Below the pieces are notes generated by a model. The model saw nothing but the letters and a program-made list of their open reading frames with translations. It was not told where the DNA came from and made no database searches. From Parcubacteria group bacterium M10-OD1-1 (GTDB lineage: Bacteria > Patescibacteriota > Minisyncoccia > Moranbacterales > UBA2206), in assembly GCA_003056145.1 (NCBI GenBank), contig LSNL01000003.1:137993-201992 (forward strand): DNA of 64,000 nt. Reading direction: 5' to 3'. Both the position numbers and the translations under genes were made by a program. This document shows, one piece after another, positions 45,653 through 55,310 of this stretch. Numbering within the stretch: position 1 is the first letter of the stretch; each line of letters begins with the position of its first letter.

Positions 45653-46441
45653 ATGGCAAAAATTATTTCACTCGTCAACCAAAAAGGTGGAGTAGGAAAG
45701 ACTACTTCAGCAATTAATCTAGCGACCTATTTAGCGTCAGCTGGAAAATTTGTTTTGCTAGTAGATCTTGATCCGCAAGGGAATGCTTCTTCGGGACTGG
45801 GCTTGGATATTCGGAAAATAAAGAAAAGTCTTTACCATTCTATGATAATTGGAGAACATCCATCAAAAATTATTCTCAGAACTCAAACTTTTGGACACGA
45901 TTTAATCCCTGCTTCGCAGGATTTAGCGGGAGCCGGGATAGAATTAGTACATATGGATAACCGAGAATTTAGATTGTACAATGTTTTGCGAGAAATTAGA
46001 ACTAATTATGATTATATTATAATTGATTCTCCTCCTAGTCTGGGTTTATTGACAATTAATGGTTTAGTTGCTAGTGATGCAATTATAATTCCAGTTCAAA
46101 CCGAATATTTTGCATTGGAAGGACTCAGTCAGCTCTTAGGAACTATTGATTTGGTGCGAGAAAATCTTCAGCCTAATTTAGAAATAATGGGAGCTCTTTT
46201 GACGATGTATGATAAACGAAATCGTTTGGCTCGGCAAGTAGTTAAAGAGATTCAGGATCATTTTCCAGGACATGTTTTTGAAAGTCTCATACCTAGAAGC
46301 GTTAGATTAGCTGAAGCTCCTGGATTTGGAAAATCAATTTTAAATTTTGATTCTTTTTCTAAGGGGGCCAGAGCTTACAAAAATTTAGCTCGAGAAATTA
46401 TAAAAATGGAAAAAAATGAAAAGAAGAGCTTTACAGTTTAA
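45653..46441 (+). CDS. parA: ParA/Soj ATPase
   Basis: NQKGGVGKTT, DLDPQGNAS, DSPPSLG, VRLAEAP. Confidence 0.96.
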   Translation: MAKIISLVNQKGGVGKTTSAINLATYLASAGKFVLLVDLDPQGNASSGLGLDIRKIKKSLYHSMIIGEHPSKIILRTQTFGHDLIPASQDLAGAGIELVHMDNREFRLYNVLREIRTNYDYIIIDSPPSLGLLTINGLVASDAIIIPVQTEYFALEGLSQLLGTIDLVRENLQPNLEIMGALLTMYDKRNRLARQVVKEIQDHFPGHVFESLIPRSVRLAEAPGFGKSILNFDSFSKGARAYKNLAREIIKMEKNEKKSFTV

Positions 46442-46733
46442 AGTAGTTTAACTATGGTATAACTAATAATTATAATCTATAAAGTGTACAAAAATATTAT
46501 AATTATAGCAGAATTTAGGGAATAATAAATTTGAATAAATTTATTATTTATGGTACTGTTTAGTAGTAGTAAATTCTTGATTGTGTTGTAGAAAACCTAA
46601 ATTAGAAAAATAGATAAAAGACACGAGAACTATTTAAGGGAAGTAGGACAGTAGTTATTTTAGAAAATAAAGTAGAGATATTAAAAAGTAAAAAATTGAG
46701 TCCGGAAAACTTAATTTTAAAAATAGAAAAAAT

Positions 46734-47714
46734 ATGGCACAAAATTATGGATTAGGGAGAGGATTGTCTTCTCTTATTCCACAAAAAAAAGCTACTATTG
46801 GTTATGGTAATAATATAGGAGCTAAAAAAATAAATAAAAAGATTTCTGAGCCGAAAGAGGATTTTAACTATTTTAGTCAAACAAACAATAGCTTGCAAGT
46901 TAAGACAGAAGAAAAAGAAAAGACTATAAAAAATGTCAGTTCTGGAGTTAATGAGGTTGATATCAAAGAAATTTCACCTAATCCTTATCAACCAAGAACG
47001 GTTTTTAATGAAACTAAATTATTGGAGCTAGCAGAATCAATCAAAGAACATGGAATAATTCAGCCAATCATAGTGATTGGTAAAGATGGAAAGTATGAAA
47101 TTATCGCTGGCGAAAGACGATTTCAGGCAGCTAAGATAGCAGGACTATCTAAAGTACCAGTAATTATTGAAAAAGATAAAAGTAATCAGAAAAAATTAGA
47201 ATTAGCTATTGTAGAAAATGTTCAGCGTCAAGATCTTAATCCTATTGAAGAAGCTAAATCTTATCAACGGTTAATGGAGGAATTTGATTTAGGACAAGAA
47301 GAAGTGGCTAAAAAAGTAGGTAAAAATCGGAGCGTGGTGGCTAATAAATTAAGATTTTTAAAATTACCTATTGAAATTCAGAGAAGCTTAATAGAAGGAA
47401 AAATTACAGAAGGTCATGCTAAGGCGATTTTAGCTCTTGAAAACCCAGAAAAGCAAAGAGCCTTATATGAGATGATTATTAAACTTAAATTGACCGTTAG
47501 ACAAACAGAAGAAAAAACTAAAGAAATTTCAGTACGCCCACACAAAAGAAAATTAAATGTTGATCCGTTAGTTAAACAAATTGAAGAACAGCTTTTTCAA
47601 TTATTAGGTACAAAAGTGAAAATTCAAAAATCTGGACAAGGTGGAAAAATTATTATTGATTATTATTCTCAAGAAGAATTAAATAATATTGTTAGTAAAT
47701 TTCAAACTAATTAA
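46734..47714 (+). CDS. parB: ParB/Spo0J
   Basis: GLGRGLSSLI, PNPYQPR, GERR, ENVQRQDLNPIEEA. Confidence 0.96.
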   Translation: MAQNYGLGRGLSSLIPQKKATIGYGNNIGAKKINKKISEPKEDFNYFSQTNNSLQVKTEEKEKTIKNVSSGVNEVDIKEISPNPYQPRTVFNETKLLELAESIKEHGIIQPIIVIGKDGKYEIIAGERRFQAAKIAGLSKVPVIIEKDKSNQKKLELAIVENVQRQDLNPIEEAKSYQRLMEEFDLGQEEVAKKVGKNRSVVANKLRFLKLPIEIQRSLIEGKITEGHAKAILALENPEKQRALYEMIIKLKLTVRQTEEKTKEISVRPHKRKLNVDPLVKQIEEQLFQLLGTKVKIQKSGQGGKIIIDYYSQEELNNIVSKFQTN

Positions 47715-47791
47715 ATAAGTTAGTTATTAAAAAACTAGTTTACTAAAAATAGAATTTTTTAGTAACTACTTGTTGAATTTAAAAGTGTCTT

Positions 47792-49270
47792 TTAAATCAT
47801 TCCTTCTTTTTTCATAAATTTTCTAATATGACTTTTAGCCGAAGAAGTTTTAACGAATCTTAGCCAATCACGACTAGGATTTTTGTTTTCTTTAGAAGTG
47901 ATGATTTTAACGACATCTCCATTTTTAATTTTATAATCAAGAGGGACAATTCTTCCGTTAATTTTAGCTCCTGAAGTACGACTACCAATTTCACTGTGGA
48001 CTTTATAAGCAAAATCAATGGGAGTAGATTCTTCCGGTAAATCAATAATGTCACCTAAAGGAGTAAAAGCAAAGATATGATTTTTAAAAAAATCAATTTT
48101 TAGGCTTTCCATAAATTCTTTATCGTCCTTGCCTAAATCATTTTGCCACTCACGTAATTGTTTTATCCATGCTATTTCTTTGGCTGGAACTTTGGATTTT
48201 TCTGGAAAAAGGAAATTTTTAAGTCCTCGTTTTTTTTCGGAATATATCCAGTGAGCTGCAATTCCGAATTCAGCTTCATTATTCATTTTTTCCGTCCGAA
48301 TTTGAATTTCTAAAAATTTTCCTTCTGGTCCAAAAATAGTTGTGTGAATAGACTGATAGCCATTAGGTTTAGGTAAAGAAATATAATCTTTAATTCGACC
48401 AATTAAGGGACGATATTCTTTATGCACGATACCAAGAGTTTCATAACAATTAACAACCTCAGGAACAATAATTCTAATTCCAGCTAAATCGTAAATTTTA
48501 TTGATATCCATATCGTGTCTTTGTAATTTTTGAAAAAGACTATAGGGATGTTTATTGCGTCCATAGATAGCTAGAACTTTTATTTTTTCTTTAGCTAACT
48601 GTTTTTTTAAAGTTTCAACAGTTTTTTGAATATACTTTTTCCGCTGGATTTTTTCAGTGGAAGACATTTTTACAATATCAGCGTAATTTTTTGGGTCTAA
48701 GTGTTTAAAAGCTAAATCCTCTAAGCGAGCCTTAATATCTCCAATGCCTAAACGATTAGCAATAGGAGCATAAATTTCTAAGGTTTCTCTTGCAATTCTT
48801 TCTTGTTTGTCCGGAGGAAGACTAGCTAAGGTTTCCATATTATTTAAACGGTCAGCTAGCTTAATGAGAACTACTCTGATATCAGCTGCCATAGCTAAAA
48901 ACATTTTGCGGAGATTTTCTAAATAAATTTCTTCTTTAGTTCCGCGTAATTTTATCTTACCTAATTTTGTCACTCCATCTACTAACTGGGTAATCTCTGG
49001 ACCAAATTTTTTTTCTAATTCTTTTAAAGTAACTTCTGTATCTTCAGGGACATCATGAAGCACACCAGCCGCTATGGTTTTAGATCCCATTCCAATTTTA
49101 GCTAAATTAATAGCAGTATGAAGAGGATGTTGAATATAATCTTCTCCTGATTTTCTCTTTTGCCCTTGATGAGCTTTTTCTGCAAAATCGCAAGCACTTC
49201 TAATAAGTACTTCTCTTTTAGAGCTTAATCTGACACGAACATTTATTAAAACATCTTTAACGGTAACCAT
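47792..49270 (-). CDS. rel: RelA/SpoT family (p)ppGpp synthetase/hydrolase, HD-SYNTH-TGS, no ACT domain
   Basis: HQGQKRKSG, LHDVPEDT, KPNGYQSIHT, EIQIRT, TPIDFAY. Confidence 0.93.
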   Translation of the reverse strand: MVTVKDVLINVRVRLSSKREVLIRSACDFAEKAHQGQKRKSGEDYIQHPLHTAINLAKIGMGSKTIAAGVLHDVPEDTEVTLKELEKKFGPEITQLVDGVTKLGKIKLRGTKEEIYLENLRKMFLAMAADIRVVLIKLADRLNNMETLASLPPDKQERIARETLEIYAPIANRLGIGDIKARLEDLAFKHLDPKNYADIVKMSSTEKIQRKKYIQKTVETLKKQLAKEKIKVLAIYGRNKHPYSLFQKLQRHDMDINKIYDLAGIRIIVPEVVNCYETLGIVHKEYRPLIGRIKDYISLPKPNGYQSIHTTIFGPEGKFLEIQIRTEKMNNEAEFGIAAHWIYSEKKRGLKNFLFPEKSKVPAKEIAWIKQLREWQNDLGKDDKEFMESLKIDFFKNHIFAFTPLGDIIDLPEESTPIDFAYKVHSEIGSRTSGAKINGRIVPLDYKIKNGDVVKIITSKENKNPSRDWLRFVKTSSAKSHIRKFMKKEGMI

Positions 49271-49373
49271 AAAATTTTAGTTTAAATAAGATCAAACTTA
49301 CTTAAATTATACTCCTATTTTTAATTTTAGCTATGAAAATAATTTTAGAAATTAAGTAAGTAGCTTAAGTAAT

Positions 49374-51629
49374 CTAGCTTAAGTTTTCTTTTTCAAAATG
49401 ACATTCTTTTTTAGAACATTTTATTTTATTTTTTCCAACATAGACTAATAAACTATTGCATTGAGGACAAGTTTCTCCTGTTGGCTTATTCCAAAGTGCA
49501 AATTTACATTTAGGATAAGCATTACATCCATAAAATACTCGTCCTCGTTTAGATTTTTTTTCTACTAATTCACCTTCTTGGCATTCAGGACATTTCACCC
49601 CAGTTTTATTTTCAATTTTTTTAATATTTTTACAATTAGGATAATTAGAACAACCCAAGAAAAACCCAAAGCGACCCTTTTTAACTACCATTGGAGCTCC
49701 ACAAAGTTCACAAGTTTTACTGCCATTTTCTTTTTCAAATTTTTCTTCTACGGCTTTTTCTTCAGGCGTTTTTTCAGTATAACGGCAATTGGGATAGTTG
49801 GAACAAGCAATGAATTTTCCAAATCTTCCAAATTTAACAATTAAATCTCCACCACAATCAGGACAACTAGTGTCTAATTTTTCTTGAAAATCTTCTTTTT
49901 TTATTTCTTTAGTTTTACTTTCTAAATTCTTATGGAAAGGCTCATAAATCTTTTTTATAACAGGTACCCACTCTTTTTTCCCTTCGGCAATTTTATCTAA
50001 ATCTTTTTCTAACTGAGCGGTAAATTGATAATCTACTATTTGAGAGAAGTGTTTTACTAATAAATCTGCTACTAGCACCCCAATTTCTAAGGGATAAAGT
50101 TTTTTATTTTCATCTTTATCAACATAATTTCTTTCTATAATCGTAGAAATAGTAGGAGCATAGGTAGAAGGACGACCAATGCCATTTTCTTCTAAGGTCT
50201 TAACTAAAGTAGCTTCACTATATCTAGCTGGGGGAGCAGTAAATTTTTGTTCAGGAATTATTTTAATTAATTTCAAGTTAGTTTGCTCTTCAATAATAGG
50301 TAATAATTTTTCAGTTACAGGTGGTTTCTCTCCGTAAATTCTGAGATACCCAGCAAACTTGATAGTAGATCCGTTAGCGCGTAAAGAATAAATAGTCGTT
50401 TCTTTTTCTTTTTGAGCTGAAATATCTAAAGTCAGGCTATCCATAATAGCTGGAGACATTTGACAAGCAATCATTCTTTGCCAAATTAATTTGTATAGAC
50501 GATATTGCTTGGACTCCAAAAATTCCTTAATAGACTCTGGATCTTTTTCGGGAAAAGTCGGACGGATAGCTTCATGAGCTTCTTGAGCGCCTTTAGCTTT
50601 AGTTTTATAAAATCTAGGAGTGGCTAGAGAATATTCTGGTCCAAACTTTTTATCGATAGTTTTTTTAGCAGTTAAAAGGGATTCCAATGATAAGTTAAAA
50701 CTATCAGTACGCATATAGGTGATCAGTCCAACTGAGCCTTCTGAACCTAATTTAATTCCTTCATACAGTTGTTGAGCTAACATCATTGTTTGTTTAGTGC
50801 TGTAGCCTAATTTACTATTGGCATCTTGTTGAAGTGTGGAAGTTGTGTAAGGAGCAGGAGGATTTTTATGTACTTCTTTTTTTGTAACTTTAGAAACTTT
50901 ATAATCAGCTGTTTCTAAAAAATCAACAATTTTGGTAGATTGTTTTTTACTTTTAATGCCTAATTTGCCAAAGGCTTTATTATTTTCTTTAACTACTCTG
51001 GCTTCAAAGCTAGTTATTTTTTCTGGTTTTTTAGTTGGAGGCTTTAGTTGAGCTAAAATATTCCAATATTCTTGAGGCTTAAATTTTTCAATCTCTTTTT
51101 CTCGTTCTACGATTAAACGGAGAGCAACTGATTGAACTCGCCCAGCACTTAAACCCCTTCTAATTTTTTTCCAGAGAAAAGGAGATAGTTCATAGCCGAC
51201 TAATCTATCTAATACTCTTCTGGCTTGTTGAGCATTAACTAAATTTTCATCAATTTGACGAGTATTTTCTAATGCTTTTTCAATAGCTTTTTTAGTAATT
51301 TCATGAAAAACAATTCGCTCTATTTTGCTATTTTCTAAGCCTAAAGCTTTAACTAGATGCCAAGAGATAGCCTCTCCTTCACGGTCTTCATCAGTTGCTA
51401 AAATTACTTCCTCAGCTTTCTTAACTAGTTTTTTTAATTCTGAAACTCGGGTCTTAGCTTTATTTGGAATAACATATTTGGGAGTAAAATTATTTTCTAA
51501 GTCAATGCCCATTTCCTTTTTCGGAAGGTCTCTAATATGTCCATAAGAAGATTTGACTAGAAACTTCTTACCTAAAAATTTAGTGATAGTTTTAGCTTTA
51601 GTGGGTGACTCTACAATGACTAGTTTCAT
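49374..51629 (-). CDS. topA: DNA topoisomerase I
   Basis: LVIVESPTKAKTI, DEDREGE, SAGRVQS, ITYMRTDS, C-terminal zinc ribbons. Confidence 0.98.
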   Translation of the reverse strand: MKLVIVESPTKAKTITKFLGKKFLVKSSYGHIRDLPKKEMGIDLENNFTPKYVIPNKAKTRVSELKKLVKKAEEVILATDEDREGEAISWHLVKALGLENSKIERIVFHEITKKAIEKALENTRQIDENLVNAQQARRVLDRLVGYELSPFLWKKIRRGLSAGRVQSVALRLIVEREKEIEKFKPQEYWNILAQLKPPTKKPEKITSFEARVVKENNKAFGKLGIKSKKQSTKIVDFLETADYKVSKVTKKEVHKNPPAPYTTSTLQQDANSKLGYSTKQTMMLAQQLYEGIKLGSEGSVGLITYMRTDSFNLSLESLLTAKKTIDKKFGPEYSLATPRFYKTKAKGAQEAHEAIRPTFPEKDPESIKEFLESKQYRLYKLIWQRMIACQMSPAIMDSLTLDISAQKEKETTIYSLRANGSTIKFAGYLRIYGEKPPVTEKLLPIIEEQTNLKLIKIIPEQKFTAPPARYSEATLVKTLEENGIGRPSTYAPTISTIIERNYVDKDENKKLYPLEIGVLVADLLVKHFSQIVDYQFTAQLEKDLDKIAEGKKEWVPVIKKIYEPFHKNLESKTKEIKKEDFQEKLDTSCPDCGGDLIVKFGRFGKFIACSNYPNCRYTEKTPEEKAVEEKFEKENGSKTCELCGAPMVVKKGRFGFFLGCSNYPNCKNIKKIENKTGVKCPECQEGELVEKKSKRGRVFYGCNAYPKCKFALWNKPTGETCPQCNSLLVYVGKNKIKCSKKECHFEKENLS

Positions 51630-51679
51630 AAGTAGTAAATTTAAATTTATTTAAATAAATAATAAGTGGAGTTAGTTTA

Positions 51680-52753
51680 TTATAATTGAATATAGTTTTG
51701 TCCGCCAATATTTTTAATCCAGCCTTTAATTTCTAGCATTGCTAAATTAGAAGCGACAATGGCAGTTTGAAGTTTAACTAGTTTTGCAATATTGTCAATG
51801 TGAATAGGCGTGGAGGATAAAATTTTCATTATTTTTTCTTCTTCTAAATTAGCAGGTTTCTGAGTTGGAGTTACCGGGGATGGAATAAAAGAAAAATTTA
51901 TTTCTTCTAAAATATCTTTTAAACCGGTAACTACCTTAGCCCCGTTTTTAATCAAATTATTAGTGCCTTTAGACTCTGGAGATAGAATAGAACCCGGAAC
52001 AGCTAAAACTTCTCTATTATATTCTAACGCCATTTGAGCAGTTATTAAAGTTCCACTTTTTTCTCCAGCTTCTATTACTAGGGTGCCAAGAGTCAAACCA
52101 GCTACAATTCTATTTCTAGCAGGAAAAGTCATTCTTCCCGCTGGAGTTTCTAATGGATATTCACTTAATAAAGCCCCATTTTGGATTATTTCTCTAGATA
52201 AATTAAAATTATATCGAGGATAGATATTTCTATCGTCTAGGCTGTTACCTAAAATAGCCAGAGTCTTTCCTTCTCCTTGGATAGCTCCTTGATGAGCAAA
52301 AGCATCAATTCCTAAAGCCATACCACTAACAATAATTATTCCTAGTTTTGCTAATTCTTTAGCTATTTTGAATGCAACTTGAGAGCCGTAAGGGGTATAT
52401 TTACGAGCACCTACAATAGCTAACATTGGCGATTGGTTAAAACTAAATTTACCGCGTTGATATAAAATATAAGGGGGATTATGAATTTCTTTTAGAAGGG
52501 TGGGATAATTTTTATCAGAGAGAGCAATTATATTAATGGATTCCTTTTGTAACTTATCCCATTCTTCAATAGGGTTGATTTGTTTTCTGGCAAAAACTAT
52601 TTTTTCAGCTAATTTTTCACTAATTGGAGCATTCTTTAAAGCAGTTAAATTAGCTTTCCAAATATTTTCAGGAGAGGCAAATTGATTAAGCAGAAGTCTA
52701 ATTTTTTGAGAGCCAACACCAGAAATTTTATTGAGGGCGTTAAGATATTTCAT
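51680..52753 (-). CDS. dprA: DNA-processing protein DprA
   Basis: VSGMALGIDAFAH, FPARNRIVAGL, REVLAVPG. Confidence 0.96.
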   Translation of the reverse strand: MKYLNALNKISGVGSQKIRLLLNQFASPENIWKANLTALKNAPISEKLAEKIVFARKQINPIEEWDKLQKESINIIALSDKNYPTLLKEIHNPPYILYQRGKFSFNQSPMLAIVGARKYTPYGSQVAFKIAKELAKLGIIIVSGMALGIDAFAHQGAIQGEGKTLAILGNSLDDRNIYPRYNFNLSREIIQNGALLSEYPLETPAGRMTFPARNRIVAGLTLGTLVIEAGEKSGTLITAQMALEYNREVLAVPGSILSPESKGTNNLIKNGAKVVTGLKDILEEINFSFIPSPVTPTQKPANLEEEKIMKILSSTPIHIDNIAKLVKLQTAIVASNLAMLEIKGWIKNIGGQNYIQL

Positions 52754-52804
52754 TATAAGTTGAATAATAGATCTTTTATTTAGAATAGCATAATCATAAT
52801 TATC

Positions 52805-52832
52805 TTGACAAATATTTAATATATGCTAAAAT
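52805..52832 (+). promoter_or_regulatory. sigma70 promoter
   Basis: TTGACA-16 nt-TAAAAT with extended TG. Confidence 0.6.
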
Positions 52833-52871
52833 AGTTGGAACTAAAAATAATCATTTAAAATTGTTAATTCA

Positions 52872-53933
52872 ATGGATAATAATCAAAAAAGAAGCCAGAT
52901 GAAAAAGAATCAAAAAGCTCAATGGCTATTTTTAACTTTAACTAATAATTTAATTGCTGATTTAGGTGAAAGATCACAAGAAATTATTAAGAAGAGATTT
53001 GGTCTTTCTGTTGAGAAAGGGGAAACTTTAGAGAAAATTGGAACACGCTACGAAGTAACAAGAGAGAGAATTAGGCAAGTAATTGCAGAATCTTTAAAAA
53101 AAGTTACTGATAAGATTAAAGAAGAAGAATTTGAAAAAGTCCAACAAAGAATTATTTTTACAATTGATAAAAATAATGGTATTATTAAAGAAACGGATAT
53201 TATTAAAAAATTTAATTTAGAGGAAACTAAAGAGGCTAACGCTATAAAGTTTTTTGTTATCTGTTTACAAGATATCTATTCAATAGAAGAAAAAGGATTG
53301 ATTGAAAAATCGTGGATTATGTCTAAAGAAATTCTTCAAAATGTTAAAAAAATTATTTTAACTGCTGAAAAAATTTTTCAAAAAGAAAAAAAGATTTTAT
53401 CAGAAAAAGATATTGTGGAAAAAATTAGTTTATTAAACCCAAGTTTTTCTTCAGAACAAATTCTTAATTTGTTAAGAGTTTCAGTCCGAGTTAAAAAAAA
53501 TAATTTTAATAAGTGGGGTTTATCAACTTGGGATGAAATTAGCCCTAAGGGTACAAGAGAAAGAGTCTACTTATTATTAAAAGAAAAAAATAAACCTCTG
53601 CATTTTACAGAAATTGCTCAATTAATTGATAAGTATAAAATAGGTAAGAAAAAAGCTCATCCTCAAACTATTCATAATGAATTAATTAAAGATGATAGAT
53701 TTGTACTAATTGGGAGAGGAGTTTATGCTTTAAAGGAGTGGGGATATTTTAAGGGCACAATTAAAGAAGTAATAAGAGATATTTTAAAAAAATATCGTCA
53801 ACCATTGAATAAAGAAACAATTGTTGGGGAAGTTTTAAAAATTAGAAGAGTTAAAAAAGCCACTGTAATAATTAATCTGAATAACTCTCAACTATTTCAA
53901 AAAAAGAATAATTTATATGAATTAAAAAAGTAA
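52872..53933 (+). CDS. Sigma-70 region-4 HTH + HARE-HTH/RNAP-delta-like protein
   Basis: RFGL...ETLEKIG..YEVTRERIRQV; PLHFTEIA, TIHNELIKDDRFVLIGRGVYALKEWG. Confidence 0.8.
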   Translation: MDNNQKRSQMKKNQKAQWLFLTLTNNLIADLGERSQEIIKKRFGLSVEKGETLEKIGTRYEVTRERIRQVIAESLKKVTDKIKEEEFEKVQQRIIFTIDKNNGIIKETDIIKKFNLEETKEANAIKFFVICLQDIYSIEEKGLIEKSWIMSKEILQNVKKIILTAEKIFQKEKKILSEKDIVEKISLLNPSFSSEQILNLLRVSVRVKKNNFNKWGLSTWDEISPKGTRERVYLLLKEKNKPLHFTEIAQLIDKYKIGKKKAHPQTIHNELIKDDRFVLIGRGVYALKEWGYFKGTIKEVIRDILKKYRQPLNKETIVGEVLKIRRVKKATVIINLNNSQLFQKKNNLYELKK

Positions 53934-54018
53934 ATAGTTTAGTAGGTTGCGACTACTAGGATAGAAAGATATTAGAAATGAATAGTAGAATAGCTAAAAA
54001 TAAAGAAAACAAAAATCA

Positions 54019-55290
54019 ATGAATAATATTAATCAGTTTTTTCAAATCATTAAAGTTATTGGTGAAACTATTTATTTTTTTTGGTGGATTATTTTCCCTA
54101 TTACTTTTTATTATATTTTTAAAATTATTTGGATTGACTTTGTTGCTATATATTCATCTCATTCTTGGTATAACAGTCAGAAGTGGTCTTTACTGGAAAT
54201 TATTCCTCCCAGAGAAATTGAGAAAGGTCCTCAAATGATGGAGAATATTTTTATTGGTTTAACTGGAGTTTTAACAACTTTTGATACTTTCTCGGAATAT
54301 ATTACAGGGGCGTGGTATCATGATCGTTTCACTGTTGAATTAATAGGAGCAGAAGGAAAAATTCATTTTTATATTCGTACTCAGAAAAAATATAGAAATA
54401 TGGTTAGGTCGCATATTTATGCACAATATCCAGATGCTCAAATTCTAGAAGTAGAGGATTATGTGGAAAATTTTCCTAAAGTTGTACCTAATAAACACTG
54501 GGATATGTGGGGAACTGATTTTGAATTTGTGGCTAATGATGCAATTCCTATTAAAACGTATGATAAATTTGAAGAAAATGTAACTGGTGAAATGATTGAT
54601 CCGATGGCAGCTTTAACGGAATCTCTTGGCTCTTTAGCTCCTGGACAACATCTTTGGCTTCAATTTATTTTGCAACCTTTGCCAGAGCCAAGAAAGAAAG
54701 AGTTGGAAGGAATTATTAAAGAATTAAAAGGTGAGGCAAAGGAATCATTTAACGGCGTAGCTCAGGATTTATTAGAAGTTTTAAATTTGAAAAATATTAT
54801 TAAAGGTCTTTTTACGAAGATAGAATTTCAGGGCACTGAAAAGGATGTTTTACAACCTTTAGAGTTTAGACTTTCTCCAATGGAAAAAGAGCGTTTAAAG
54901 GCGACAGAAGAAAATTTAGGGAGAAATCTTTTTAGCACTAAAATGAGAATGATTTACTTGGGACGAAGAGAAAATTTTGATAAATCTAATATGTCAGCTT
55001 TTATTGGAGCCATCAAACAATTTAATGATTTAAATTTAAATCAAGTAAAGCCAGAGGATATAAGTAAAACTTACGCTAATATTTTTTTTACTGAGGGTAG
55101 ATTAGCACTAAGAAAAAGAAAGCTGTACGATCGTTATAAAAAAAGAAATATGGATGGGAAAAAGATAATATTTTCTACTAAAGAATTAGCGACAGTATTC
55201 CATTTTCCTGATATGGGAGTTAAGACTCCAGCCATTCAAAGAGTAGACTCTAAATTGGGTTCAGCGCCGGGTAATTTACCAATAAAATAA
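54019..55290 (+). CDS. Conserved CPR membrane-anchored partner of HerA/VirD4-like ATPase
   Basis: N-terminal TM; LLEIIPPREIEK.P..ME, IYAQYPDAQI.EVEDY, PIKTY, ELATVFHFP. Confidence 0.75.
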   Translation: MNNINQFFQIIKVIGETIYFFWWIIFPITFYYIFKIIWIDFVAIYSSHSWYNSQKWSLLEIIPPREIEKGPQMMENIFIGLTGVLTTFDTFSEYITGAWYHDRFTVELIGAEGKIHFYIRTQKKYRNMVRSHIYAQYPDAQILEVEDYVENFPKVVPNKHWDMWGTDFEFVANDAIPIKTYDKFEENVTGEMIDPMAALTESLGSLAPGQHLWLQFILQPLPEPRKKELEGIIKELKGEAKESFNGVAQDLLEVLNLKNIIKGLFTKIEFQGTEKDVLQPLEFRLSPMEKERLKATEENLGRNLFSTKMRMIYLGRRENFDKSNMSAFIGAIKQFNDLNLNQVKPEDISKTYANIFFTEGRLALRKRKLYDRYKKRNMDGKKIIFSTKELATVFHFPDMGVKTPAIQRVDSKLGSAPGNLPIK

Positions 55291-55310
55291 TTTTTTTTAT
55301 TAAATAAACA

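Noticed and set aside
46442-46733. parS site or origin in the 292-bp parA-parB gap
   Set aside because: No TGTTTCACGTGAAACA-like palindrome or DnaA-box cluster; the look-alikes noticed elsewhere (about 44052 and 57059) have 3-4 mismatches inside genes.
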